DNA of 64,000 nt, from positions 1-64,000 of IMG/VR virus record IMGVR_UViG_2767802123_000001, one strand, 5' to 3'. Of the stretch, positions 47,251 through 57,596 are shown piece by piece; within the stretch, counting starts at the first letter, position 1; every line of letters starts with the position of its first letter. The position numbers were made by a program, and so were the translations under genes. The notes beneath the pieces are model-generated. The model did no database searches. It saw nothing but the letters and a program-made list of their open reading frames with translations, and was not told where the DNA came from. This DNA is from a virus. Taxonomy: Duplodnaviria; Caudoviricetes.

Positions 47251-47859
47251 TCACTTGAGCAATTGAGCCACGATCGGGCCGGCGGCATCGTTGACGTGCT
47301 GCGCGACGACGGCAACCGTCAGCATGGCCTCGGTGACCAGCGTCGGCCCCTCGTATGCAGTAGGGGTCACCAGGCCAGACCACTCACGTCCGGAAACGCG
47401 GACGACGGCCGATGCGAGAACTGCGGGCCGCTTGGTGTCGTCGGGCTCCCGTACACCGGGGTACTCGCCGCTGTCGCCCCAGCCTCGGTCCTCAGTCCAG
47501 TCCTGCCAGGAGTGCGGGAACCGCTTCGCTCCACCGCCGATCTGGTGGTGATCGAGGGGTATGCGGATCTCGGCATACAGGCCGTGGTCGTCCTCGTCGC
47601 GGTGCAGCGAGATGCCGCGAAGGTCCGGGCGGGTCCGCACGTACCCCGGGGCCATGATGGGCCCAGAGGCCACTGTCCAGGCGTGCACTGCGAACTCTGC
47701 CGGGTCATCGACCGGGGCAGGTTCGTCGGTCCAACTGCTCCGGAACAGCCCGTTGTTCAGGCGCAGGTATTCCGCGTACCGGGAGTACCCGTTGCTGGCG
47801 TGCTCCCGGTCGTAGACGTCGTCGACAGCGGCCAGTGTCGTCTCGTTCCAGGAGGTCAT
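47251..47859 (-). CDS. Hypothetical protein
   Basis: ATGA coupling; GGAGG RBS. Confidence 0.7.
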   Translation of the reverse strand: MTSWNETTLAAVDDVYDREHASNGYSRYAEYLRLNNGLFRSSWTDEPAPVDDPAEFAVHAWTVASGPIMAPGYVRTRPDLRGISLHRDEDDHGLYAEIRIPLDHHQIGGGAKRFPHSWQDWTEDRGWGDSGEYPGVREPDDTKRPAVLASAVVRVSGREWSGLVTPTAYEGPTLVTEAMLTVAVVAQHVNDAAGPIVAQLLK

Positions 47860-48107
47860 CGCCGGGCCTCCCGCGCACCGACCTGGACACCGTCCAGAAA
47901 GGCGTACGCGTTGGCGAGGCTCATGGGCGTCAGCCCACTGCTTCCGACATGGACCGCGTACTGGCCTTCTTCCAGGTCACTCACGTAGATGCGCAGCCCG
48001 GTCTCCGCAGCAACGACACCGGCGGACCATTCGAGCTGCACGTGAGGCGGCCAGCTCTCGTTGTACGGGGGCTCGTGGCTGCCGTCAGGGTTCCTCGTAA
48101 CGTTCAC
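47856..48107 (-). CDS. Hypothetical protein
   Basis: Coupled to the downstream gene. Confidence 0.55.
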   Translation of the reverse strand: MNVTRNPDGSHEPPYNESWPPHVQLEWSAGVVAAETGLRIYVSDLEEGQYAVHVGSSGLTPMSLANAYAFLDGVQVGAREARR

Positions 48108-48152
48108 GGTCGCAGGCTATCGCCCAGCAGCAGTCGTCCGGGGCGGTTCCGG

Positions 48153-48584
48153 TCAGGCCCACTCGCGCGAAGCGAGCAGTGCGGCACCGGCCCACACCGC
48201 ACCCCAGACGAGCACCGGCGCCGGGACGCCGACGGTGAGGGCAACGGCGACCGTCACGGCGGCGGACAGCCACCCGGACACGCACCACGGGCAGGTGATC
48301 AGCTCGGCGAGCCAGTACGGCGACCACTTCGCCCGGCGCACGTACCGGTTCGTCCGGCCGTCGATGAGCGTCAGCGTGCCGAGGGCCGGGTGGCGGACGA
48401 ACGGCTCGTCATCGGACGGCTGAGGGACCGCGTGCCGCTCCTGCTCTTTGTCCGTCAGTGGGCGCCATCCGCCGGCGAGGCGGTCGCGCAGCCAGAGCAC
48501 CGGCGGGAACGTGTCTTTCATGGCGAGCCGGGAAGCGCGGTAGCTCGCGAGGATCATGCAGGCGATGAGCAGCCAGGTGGGCAC
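48153..48584 (-). CDS. Membrane protein (DUF1360-like)
   Basis: LASYRASRL..KD...ELITCPWCVSGW. Confidence 0.7.
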   Translation of the reverse strand: MPTWLLIACMILASYRASRLAMKDTFPPVLWLRDRLAGGWRPLTDKEQERHAVPQPSDDEPFVRHPALGTLTLIDGRTNRYVRRAKWSPYWLAELITCPWCVSGWLSAAVTVAVALTVGVPAPVLVWGAVWAGAALLASREWA

Positions 48585-48698
48585 GGTCTTGGCTCCATGG
48601 TCCGTGGACGGGACGCCCTGTCGGGCGACGATTGGAGGTGGTCACCAGGCCGAGCGCCCCGCCGTAGGTGAGACGTTGCGCCCGGTGGCCTGGTTGCG

Positions 48699-49064
48699 TC
48701 AAGCGACGAGCTTCCCCGGAGGGGACACGTCTGCGGGCTGCGGCGCGATGACGTTCGGCCGGGTCACGAACCAGGCGACGAGCAGCATGATTGCGCCGAC
48801 GAGCTGCGCCTGCGTTTCGGTGCTCCAGTCGAACCCGAAGTACGCGACGAGCGACACCCCGGCGACTATGAGGCCGTTGACGGCCGCGATGATCCCGTCC
48901 CCGACCTGGACGGCGACGATGATGCCGAGCACGGCCGCAACGGTGGCCGTGATGATGGACTGGAGCTTGGGGTCGAACCCGAGGCCGAAGGCGCTCAGGA
49001 TCTGCCACACCGCTCCGACGGCCGCCAGCCACACGGCCGGCTCCCGCCCGTACACCTTGCCCAT
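48699..49064 (-). CDS. Membrane protein, holin-like (4 TM)
   Basis: GREPAVW start; hydrophobic; GGAGG RBS. Confidence 0.7.
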   Translation of the reverse strand: MGKVYGREPAVWLAAVGAVWQILSAFGLGFDPKLQSIITATVAAVLGIIVAVQVGDGIIAAVNGLIVAGVSLVAYFGFDWSTETQAQLVGAIMLLVAWFVTRPNVIAPQPADVSPPGKLVA

Positions 49065-49181
49065 GATTCCTCCCGAGGAAGAGACCCGGGCAGGGTAGGG
49101 CAGATCCGCCGATTCACCATCTCAGAGCACGACAAAGCCCCGGGCCGCGAGGGCGCCGGGGCTTCGGTGTTGGACGTCGGG

Positions 49182-50096
49182 TCAGTGCGCCCGAACGACT
49201 TGACCCACAGCCCACGCGAGAGCAGCGCGCAGGGCCTCGGTCTCCTTCAGGCGGGGTCGCAGGCTCGGGTCCGGATCGGTCAGCTCTTCGAACTCGATGG
49301 GGTTCAAGCGCCGCCGGGTACCTTCGTCCAGCTCCCGGTCGTCGTGCGGTCCTGTCACCAGGGCCAGACTGTGTGACGGCTTGAACTCGAAGGGGTTTCG
49401 GTGAAGGTGCCTCGTGACGATCGTGCTCTCAGTGAGCAGGAGCTTCAACTTCCCGGTGTTGATGCGCCCAATCTCTTCAGCCACGACGAAGCGGACGCCG
49501 CGCAGGTCCCCAGCCAGGGGCCAATTGACCGAGTACAGCGCGTGGCTCCCGAGGGCATCGCACAGCGGCCGAAGGAACGTCGACTTCCCGGACGACCCCG
49601 GGCCGTGCAGGACGGCGGCCGAATCGGCAGGTTCTCCGGTTACGGCCCTCGCGACGAAGGACCCGAGCGGGGAGGACGCGCCGGACGGCAGGCTTGCGAG
49701 CACTTGGTCCCAGGCAGGGCTCTGAGCGTCGGGGTTGTAGTCGACGGCTGCCACCTTGGTCAGTCGCAAGGTGGGGTCGTGCGGGTGCAGCGTTCCGGTG
49801 AAGAGGTCCACCACACCGTTCTGCACGTTGAGCAGACCCGGGTGGCTGTCCAGGGTCTGCACGTCAATCTCCAGAACAACCTGGAGCTGACGGAGGATCG
49901 TACGGACGTGCCTGTCAGAGAGTCGGCGGTGCCCGTGCGCTTCCCGCCACTGGTTCACCCTGTCGGCCGCCTCGTCCGCGCCGAACTGCGTCACCCAGAC
50001 CTTGCCGTCCCAGTACAGCCATCCGAGGCCCGGGTTCCAGGCGAGTTCGCTTTCAAGGTCGTCCGCCATCTCACGGAGGTTGGGGTCAAGGTCCAT
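49182..50096 (-). CDS. P4/D5-family primase-helicase derivative (shortened)
   Basis: WLYWDGKVW, LNVQNGVVDL.TG.L.PHDP, GPGSSGKST; no primase domain. Confidence 0.8.
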   Translation of the reverse strand: MDLDPNLREMADDLESELAWNPGLGWLYWDGKVWVTQFGADEAADRVNQWREAHGHRRLSDRHVRTILRQLQVVLEIDVQTLDSHPGLLNVQNGVVDLFTGTLHPHDPTLRLTKVAAVDYNPDAQSPAWDQVLASLPSGASSPLGSFVARAVTGEPADSAAVLHGPGSSGKSTFLRPLCDALGSHALYSVNWPLAGDLRGVRFVVAEEIGRINTGKLKLLLTESTIVTRHLHRNPFEFKPSHSLALVTGPHDDRELDEGTRRRLNPIEFEELTDPDPSLRPRLKETEALRAALAWAVGQVVRAH

Positions 50097-50124
50097 GGTC
50101 TGCTCCTCTGTTCCGTGGTCGGGA

Positions 50125-50164
50125 TGAATTTACTAAACCATGCTTCCGTCAGCCGGACAACCCC
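50125..50164 (-). promoter_or_regulatory. Repeated promoter/operator, copy 15
   Basis: Minus strand GGGGTTG-N17-TGGTTTAGTAAATTCA. Confidence 0.75.
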
Positions 50165-50175
50165 GCGTCACCCGA

Positions 50176-50457
50176 TCAGGGCTGAACCCGCTCCAGGGCG
50201 CGGTCCAGCTTGGCCTCGATGCGCTCCAGGTCCCGGGCGTCGGCCTTGAACATGACGTGCTTGGCGCCGAGCAGAAGCACAGCCTGGAACACGAGTTGCA
50301 GCCACTCGGACTGCCAATTCTCGAACGTCGCCGCCCAGAACTCCGACCAGCCCTCTTGGTCGATCTTGGGCTGCATGGCGATGAGCTGTCCGGCCCACGA
50401 GCCTAGGAACAGCAGGGCGAGGATGTAGACCGCGCCCCAGCGGCGGAAGTGACGCAC
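50176..50457 (-). CDS. Membrane protein (DUF6766-like)
   Basis: TFENWQSEWLQL motif; GGGAGG RBS. Confidence 0.7.
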   Translation of the reverse strand: MRHFRRWGAVYILALLFLGSWAGQLIAMQPKIDQEGWSEFWAATFENWQSEWLQLVFQAVLLLGAKHVMFKADARDLERIEAKLDRALERVQP

Positions 50458-50568
50458 CGACCCTCCCGAGGTAGACCCGGGCAGGGTAAGGCAGGTCAGT
50501 CGATTCGCCGACTCGCCGTCAGGCACGGCGAAGCCCCGGACCGCGAGGGCGCCGGGGCTTCAGGTGGA

Positions 50569-51048
50569 TCAGTGGCTGCGCTCGGCGGTCCACTGCTCGC
50601 GACGGCGGCGCAACTCGTCCTTGGCCGACTCCAGCCATGCGGCCTCGGCCTCGGCGCTGCCCAGGTCGGTGGTCAGCATGACCCGGCTGAAGACCCGGGT
50701 GTCCTCGAACGTCGGCGGGACGCGGCCGGCCAGGGCCTCGCGGGCGGCCTGCGCCTTGGCCGGGTCCGGCTCGGCCGGTCGCAGCTCGGGGCTGTTGCGG
50801 CTGGTAACGTCGCCCGGCTCCAGCAGCGGGACCGAGCCGTCGGTGGCCTTGTCGTACCAGTGGCTGGACGGTTCGCCGGTGACGTCGTCGTCTGCGATGA
50901 GCAGGGGCACGGCGTCCAGGCTCACCGGGTCCACGTAATAGGCGACCAGCGTGAAGTGGTCGTTCTCATCGACGAAGCGTGTACCGAGCGGCTGCCGGTC
51001 AGCGAACGGATACGGGCCGTCCTCGGTGATGGGCCTGGGCGCGGTCAT
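50569..51048 (-). CDS. Hypothetical protein
   Basis: GACCACGGAACGAGGAGAG box. Confidence 0.7.
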   Translation of the reverse strand: MTAPRPITEDGPYPFADRQPLGTRFVDENDHFTLVAYYVDPVSLDAVPLLIADDDVTGEPSSHWYDKATDGSVPLLEPGDVTSRNSPELRPAEPDPAKAQAAREALAGRVPPTFEDTRVFSRVMLTTDLGSAEAEAAWLESAKDELRRRREQWTAERSH

Positions 51049-51075
51049 CTGACTCTCCTCGTTCCGTGGTCACTA

Positions 51076-51115
51076 TGAATTAACTAAACCATAGCCCGTG
51101 TGCCCGCACAACCCC
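51076..51115 (-). promoter_or_regulatory. Repeated promoter/operator, copy 16
   Basis: Minus strand GGGGTTG-N17-TGGTTTAGTTAATTCA. Confidence 0.8.
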
Positions 51116-51118
51116 GCG

Positions 51119-53152
51119 TCACCCGATCGTGCGGGCCGCCGTGGCGAGACCCTTGGACGACGTCGTGCCGGTCATCGTCGGCTTCACGATCCGCTGGTGC
51201 CAGGCCGGCCACACCATCGCGTCCAGCCGGTCCGGTGACCAGTCCAGCTCGTCGTACCAGGTGCACATCTGGTCCTCCAGCTCCGGGAATTCACCCACCA
51301 TGTGCCACCGGCCCTGCTCGGACAGGGCCGATACCGGCTCCGCGCGCACCTTCTTCCCCCGCGTCGCGCGCACGGTCTTGATGGGGATGCGTACGCCCAT
51401 CGCGTCGGCGGCGGCCCGAATCGTGTTGACGGCCATGTCCCCGCCGAAGTTGACCTCTACGCAGATGTCGTCCGCGTCGTAGTCGACGGCTGCCTGAACT
51501 GCGCGCCGGCCCCACCCGTCCGGGGACAGGTGGCACGAGCGGTCGGCGAGGACATGGCCGTGGGCGAGCTGCGCCGGGCGGCCGTCGGACCGGACATGCT
51601 CCCGCATCGCCTTGCCCACGACGACAATGCCTTGTTCGCCCCGGCCGCCCGAGGGGTCCACGCCGACGGAAATCCGTGCAAGGTCTGGAAGATCGGCTGG
51701 GCGCAGCCGGTGGGCGTCGATCACCGCGCGGGTCCACAGCGCGTTCTCGTCCTGGTCGATGATCTCGGCGTGCAGCTCCTGGCGGCCGATCTGCGTGCTG
51801 CCGTAGGCGTCCTCCAGCGCGGCCTTGATGTCCTCGGGCAGGTGCGGGTTGTCGTACATCGACGCCCGGGTGCGCACCACGTTCTCGACCCCGCCGGACG
51901 CGAGTTTCTTGATCAGCGCCCGGGGCTTCGGCGTGGTGGAAGCCACCCAGTGCGGCCGGGGGCCGGTGCGCAGACCGAAACGCATCTGGTCCCACGTGTC
52001 GTCCAGGTACCGCCAGGCCGCCAACTCCTCCAGCCACGAGAGGCAGTTGGAGACGAGCAGGTCACCCGCGAAGAACTCGTGATCGTGCTCAACCGTCAGG
52101 TCGTACACGCGCGCGGCGCGACTGATACGCGAGGACCGAAGTGCACCGGCGCGAACAGGCGCGGGTCGGCTTACGGACTTGGCACTCAAACGTGTCGCCG
52201 CACACGCAGCACACCCGTTCCTCCCGTGCTCGTGACGCATCCGCACGGCACTTCGGAGAGCAGTACCGCGCTGCGACCGTGCCCCGGGACTGGAAGGAGG
52301 CCCCGCAGCGCTCACACTCGAAACTTCGGTAGACCGCGCGGGCCCACTTTGTCTGGCCGCCCCGGCTGCGCTCCTCGGGGGTGAGATTACCCCCTCGCTT
52401 GCTCCCGTCTTGTTCCATGTGAGAACACTATCAAGTGGCCCGACGAGTAAAGCGGGCTTCCAGCCGTCGGCCGTCGCTACCTTGTGATCCGGGGTGAGCC
52501 ACGTGAACCCCGCGCCGTGGTCGTAGCGCACCACGTCCTTCACACCGTTGTCCCAGACCTCCAGTACGGTGCGCAGTCCGTTGCGGGTCCACACGCGGTC
52601 CCCGGGCCGGACGGTCTCGATGTGCCGCTCCCCGTGCTCGGTGCGCACCAGCGTGCCCTCAGCCACGCACCTGTTACCGCCGGACCGCAGGCGCTCGACG
52701 CTGCCAGGGCTGTCGGCGCCGAACAGCTTCGCCTCCGAGCCGTTGGGCCAGCGGATGACCGTGCCGCCCTGGACGGTCATCATCCGCGCCTCGGGGCTGT
52801 GCACCCGGAGCCCGGAGGGACCGGCGTAGCAGGACGTCGCCGCGTCGCCGAGGGTCGGCGCGATGATGCCTATCCAGTGCGGGGTGGGGCCGGGCAGACA
52901 CGGCGGGCCCATGACGTGCTCGTGGACGTACCGTGCGCAGGCGTCCGTCTTGCCGGCGCCACGGCCGGCGAGGAGCAACCAGCCGTACCAGTCGCCCTCA
53001 GGCGGGACCTGGTGGGGCAGTGGAGTCCAGCGCGGTTCGGACAGCGTGCGCGCGTGCATCAGCAGACGTTCGGCCGCCGCGCGGCTCAGCATCCGGTCCA
53101 CCATGGAGGTCATTGTCGGTGGAGCTGCGGCCGTTGCTTTCCGGAGCGCCAC
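51119..53152 (-). CDS. terL: Terminase large subunit containing an intein
   Basis: AGRGAGKT Walker A, WLEE Walker B, VGVDP, SPDRLDA nuclease motifs. Confidence 0.92.
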   Translation of the reverse strand: MALRKATAAAPPTMTSMVDRMLSRAAAERLLMHARTLSEPRWTPLPHQVPPEGDWYGWLLLAGRGAGKTDACARYVHEHVMGPPCLPGPTPHWIGIIAPTLGDAATSCYAGPSGLRVHSPEARMMTVQGGTVIRWPNGSEAKLFGADSPGSVERLRSGGNRCVAEGTLVRTEHGERHIETVRPGDRVWTRNGLRTVLEVWDNGVKDVVRYDHGAGFTWLTPDHKVATADGWKPALLVGPLDSVLTWNKTGASEGVISPPRSAAGAARQSGPARSTEVSSVSAAGPPSSPGARSQRGTALRSAVRMRHEHGRNGCAACAATRLSAKSVSRPAPVRAGALRSSRISRAARVYDLTVEHDHEFFAGDLLVSNCLSWLEELAAWRYLDDTWDQMRFGLRTGPRPHWVASTTPKPRALIKKLASGGVENVVRTRASMYDNPHLPEDIKAALEDAYGSTQIGRQELHAEIIDQDENALWTRAVIDAHRLRPADLPDLARISVGVDPSGGRGEQGIVVVGKAMREHVRSDGRPAQLAHGHVLADRSCHLSPDGWGRRAVQAAVDYDADDICVEVNFGGDMAVNTIRAAADAMGVRIPIKTVRATRGKKVRAEPVSALSEQGRWHMVGEFPELEDQMCTWYDELDWSPDRLDAMVWPAWHQRIVKPTMTGTTSSKGLATAARTIG
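52046..52669 (-). mobile_element. Intein (208 aa) in TerL
   Basis: Starts CVAEGTLV; TPDHKV block B; VYDLTVEHDHEFFAGDLLVSN/C end. Confidence 0.9.
52089..52418 (-). CDS. Overprinted Zn-finger protein inside the intein (alternate frame)
   Basis: Two CxxC-N-CSxxC units; TGaTAGTGT extended -10 located 6 nt before ATG. Confidence 0.7.
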   Translation of the reverse strand: MEQDGSKRGGNLTPEERSRGGQTKWARAVYRSFECERCGASFQSRGTVAARYCSPKCRADASRAREERVCCVCGDTFECQVRKPTRACSRRCTSVLAYQSRRARVRPDG

Positions 53153-53263
53153 GGAGCCCGTGCCAACTGGTGATCGGCACGGGCTCCGTGGTTGCGGACT
53201 ACGGGGTAAGGCGGTCCCCGCTCCGGTCCTTGGCGCCGGCCCGCGCGGCCGTCTGCGGGGCGC

Positions 53264-54370
<1,107 letters not shown>

Positions 54371-55192
54371 TCAGGTCGTGGCGGGTTCGGGGAGCAGGCC
54401 GAGAGCGCGGGCCTTGCGCAGGGCCGCGTCCTTGCGCTGGGGCTTGTCCACCCAGTCCACCCCGAGGCGCTTGTACGCCTCGGAGACCCGTGAGGAGAAG
54501 GTTCCCGGGTGCATCTTCAGCCGGTCGGCGGCGACTGAGAAACTGACCCCGGTCTCCAGCTCCCGTAGGATCTTCACGTGCGTGTCCGAGAGGCGGATCT
54601 GACGATCCGTCGGTGTCGGCGGGTCGGGCCTGCACACCCCGAGCAGGCCGCGCATCCGGGCCTCCCGTAGTGCGGCCTCCCGGCGGACCACCTGTGGGAG
54701 ATGCGAGACTCCGAGGGCCGCATACACGGAGGTGGTGAGGTTCTTGACGACGTGGTGGCGGACGCCCCACGCGGCGCACACCTGGGCCACGGTGCGCCCG
54801 GCGTCGAACGCGCGCAGCAGCCGGACCTCCGCCGGGTTGAGTTGCACGCGACGGTTGCGCAGGGCGGCCTCGGTCTCCGCGCGCTCACGGTTGCCGCGCT
54901 TACAGGCCGGGCAGGTCGGCTCCTCGCGCTTGATGTGGCGGCGGTAAGCGGCCAGGGTGCCGCAGTCCTCGTACGGGCCTATGTGTCCGCCGAGGAGCCC
55001 GTTACGGACGGCCTGTGCGGCCGTGTCGGCATTGAGCAGTTGGAGGATGCGGGCGCGCGTTCCCTTGATGCTCCCGAAGGTCTCCCCGGGCATGGCCCGC
55101 ACGATGTCCTGGCGGTCCTTCCCCATGGACAGCAGCCACAGCACGCGGCGTTGACGTTCGGTCAGGACGACAGGTTGCGGCTCGCTGTCCAT
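54371..55192 (-). CDS. Regulator with three LuxR-like HTH units and a Zn-binding motif
   Basis: LTERQRRVLWLL, LNPAEVRLL, LSDTHVKIL repeats; CGTLAAYRRH...CPAC. Confidence 0.8.
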   Translation of the reverse strand: MDSEPQPVVLTERQRRVLWLLSMGKDRQDIVRAMPGETFGSIKGTRARILQLLNADTAAQAVRNGLLGGHIGPYEDCGTLAAYRRHIKREEPTCPACKRGNRERAETEAALRNRRVQLNPAEVRLLRAFDAGRTVAQVCAAWGVRHHVVKNLTTSVYAALGVSHLPQVVRREAALREARMRGLLGVCRPDPPTPTDRQIRLSDTHVKILRELETGVSFSVAADRLKMHPGTFSSRVSEAYKRLGVDWVDKPQRKDAALRKARALGLLPEPATT

Positions 55193-55304
55193 GCGGGTGT
55201 CTCCCTCCGTAGATTGGGGCGGGCCCCGGGTCACGTCCACTGACCCGGGGCCCTTGTCGACCGGCGACGTCCCGGGACGGATCACCGGGTCTGCCAGGAC
55301 ACTC

Positions 55305-55344
55305 TCATTTAGTTAAATCCCCGATTGATGGTTTTGTTAAACCA
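55305..55344. promoter_or_regulatory. Tandem operator copies 17 and 18 upstream of the multi-HTH regulator
   Basis: TCATTTAGTTAAATCC (55305-55320) and TGGTTTTGTTAAACCA (55329-55344). Confidence 0.7.
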
Positions 55345-55352
55345 TCCTGGCG

Positions 55353-56435
55353 TCACAACTCCAGCCACAGCGGGTTATCGAGAGACCAGCGCACGGTGGT
55401 CTCTATGGACTGCTCCAGCGGCACCGGGGGCTTCCAGCCGAGGGAGGCGAGCCGCGCGCCGTCCAGGGCGTAGCGCAGGTCGTGGCCCGGCCGCGAGGCG
55501 TGGAAGGAGATGGGTTCGATGAGGTCGTCCACCCCGGCGGAGTCCATGCCCATCGCGGCGCCGACCAGATGCACTAGCTCGATGTTGTCCACCTCGCGCT
55601 CGCCGACGATGTTGTACCGCTCGGGCCGGGTGAACGCGCCGTCCCGGTACTGCGCCGGGCCCATGGCGATACGTATGTGCTCGCCGCTCAGCGTGGTCAC
55701 GTCGGGCTCGTCTTCGGTGTACCGGCGCGTCAGGAACAGCCAGGCGTCGGCCAGGTTGCGCGCGTGCAGGTAGAACCGGGAGCCCGGGGTTCCGTCGGGC
55801 GCGGTGTGCACCATGATGGACCGGCCCGCCCGCAAACTCTTGATGATCTTCGGCAGAAACTTCTCCCCGTCCTGCATTTCTCCGATCACGTTCATCGTGT
55901 TGGTGAGGACGACCGGCACGCCGTAGGTACGCCAGTAGCTGACGGCGATGGACTCCTGCGCCGCCTTGCTCGCCGAGTACGGGTTCGACGGCACAGCTGG
56001 CTCCCACTCCGTGTGCCGGTGCTCGCCGTAGGCCGGGCCGTACACCTCGTCCGTGGACATCTGGAGGAACAGCCGGGGCTCGATGGCCCGCGCGACCTCC
56101 AGGACGTTCAGCATCAGAGCGACGTTGTTCTGCACGAACGGCACCGGATGGGATATCGAGCGGTCCACGTGCGACTCGCTCGCCACGTTCATGACGACGT
56201 CGCAGCCGCCGAACTGGTGCAGCGTCAGCGGGTCGGCCGGGGACCGCATGTCCCAGTGCACGATGTCCACGCGGTGCGACCAGTCGGTGTCGCACACGGC
56301 CGAGGCGATCCGGGCCGGCAAACCCTTGTGGTGGAAGGAAACCGGGCAGACGATCTCCCAGTCGGTGTGCGTCAGCAGGTGGCGCAGGACGTGGCTGCCG
56401 ACGAACCCCGACGCACCCGTGAGCAGAACGCGCAT
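55353..56435 (-). CDS. dTDP-glucose 4,6-dehydratase-like (RmlB) SDR
   Basis: TGASGFVG, ASESHVDRSI, STDEVYG, PYSASKA, RPGHDLRYALD. Confidence 0.88.
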   Translation of the reverse strand: MRVLLTGASGFVGSHVLRHLLTHTDWEIVCPVSFHHKGLPARIASAVCDTDWSHRVDIVHWDMRSPADPLTLHQFGGCDVVMNVASESHVDRSISHPVPFVQNNVALMLNVLEVARAIEPRLFLQMSTDEVYGPAYGEHRHTEWEPAVPSNPYSASKAAQESIAVSYWRTYGVPVVLTNTMNVIGEMQDGEKFLPKIIKSLRAGRSIMVHTAPDGTPGSRFYLHARNLADAWLFLTRRYTEDEPDVTTLSGEHIRIAMGPAQYRDGAFTRPERYNIVGEREVDNIELVHLVGAAMGMDSAGVDDLIEPISFHASRPGHDLRYALDGARLASLGWKPPVPLEQSIETTVRWSLDNPLWLEL

Positions 56436-56601
56436 GGCCACCCATTTCCTCGGTCCCTGATCCGTGGGCCGGATGGTAGCCAGGGGCGGGGAAATCGCCG
56501 AACACGCAGGAACCGCCCGGTGCGGCGCCGGGCGGTTCCTCAAGCCGAGGCGGTGCGAGCGCACCAGCCGTCCCAGGTGTCGTACCCAGACGGCCGGCCG
56601 G

Positions 56602-56856
56602 TTACTCGGTGGCGAGCTGGTCCTGCATGGCCGCACTGTAGGCGCGCTCGATGTAGAGCACCTCCTGCTCGGTGCCGTTGGCGTAGTCGTTGCGGAGCTG
56701 GTTCAGGGCCGCCTCCAGGTACGGCTGGAACAGCTCGAACGCCTCGCGCCGCCCCGCGTTGTCCGTCCGTACGGTGATGCTCACGGGCAGGTTGTCGCTG
56801 GTGGCGAGCGAGTAGGTGACGCTCGCCGTGGTGAAGCCATCGGTGGGAAGGGGCAC
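56602..56856 (-). CDS. Hypothetical protein
   Basis: AGGAGG RBS before GTG. Confidence 0.6.
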   Translation of the reverse strand: MPLPTDGFTTASVTYSLATSDNLPVSITVRTDNAGRREAFELFQPYLEAALNQLRNDYANGTEQEVLYIERAYSAAMQDQLATE

Positions 56857-56923
56857 GTCTGCCTCCTGTGTCGTGGGTCGGGCCCCGGATGATGTCACCG
56901 AATGCCGTGACCACCTACCGTCG

Positions 56924-57565
56924 TCACTCCGGCTCCTCGGTCTCGCCGACGACCTCGCCCTCCACAACGCGCAGGTGCGCGCCGGCCGCCTCCAGCATTC
57001 GCTGCCGCTGCGCGGGCTCCAACTCCACGGCGTTCGCGCCGGCCAGGATCGCCTCCACGACCACCGTCGTCTCCTCCTCCACCCGGCGGTCCAGCGCGAT
57101 GGTCAGCTTCTCACTGGAGTCCGTGCCGTCGATCTTCGCCTGCCGCTCCTCGATGCGTTGCAGACGGTCGATGCACGCGAGGACCACCCCGTCGTCGCGC
57201 AGCGGCTGGCCGTCAGGACCGTGGACGATCTGCCCGGCGTGCAGCACGTAGTGCGGTCGGGCGAGGACCGCGTGGACCTGACGGCGCATTCCGTCCAGCC
57301 GCATCCGGGCCGCCTCACGGTACTCCTCCAGGCCCATCGACAGCTCTTTGTTGGCCTGCTTCAGCGCACGGGAAACGTCCACGCACGCGTACGCGGCCGA
57401 CGCGATGCCCTCACCGTCCAGATACTCCGGATAGTCCGAAGCCATCTGATCGGCGACCTGCTGCCAGGTCAGACCCCGGTTCTTCAGCTCGATGGCCCGA
57501 GCCCTGCGCTTCGCCACATAGGCCCGGTGACTGGGCTGACGGTGCGGAGGATCACCCCTCGCCAT
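56924..57565 (-). CDS. Probable terminase small subunit (N-terminal HTH)
   Basis: RRARAIELKNRGLTWQQVA...IDRLQRIEERQAKIDG; upstream of terL. Confidence 0.65.
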   Translation of the reverse strand: MARGDPPHRQPSHRAYVAKRRARAIELKNRGLTWQQVADQMASDYPEYLDGEGIASAAYACVDVSRALKQANKELSMGLEEYREAARMRLDGMRRQVHAVLARPHYVLHAGQIVHGPDGQPLRDDGVVLACIDRLQRIEERQAKIDGTDSSEKLTIALDRRVEEETTVVVEAILAGANAVELEPAQRQRMLEAAGAHLRVVEGEVVGETEEPE

Positions 57566-57596
57566 GACTTAACCCTCCCTATCCTTTAACGGACAT

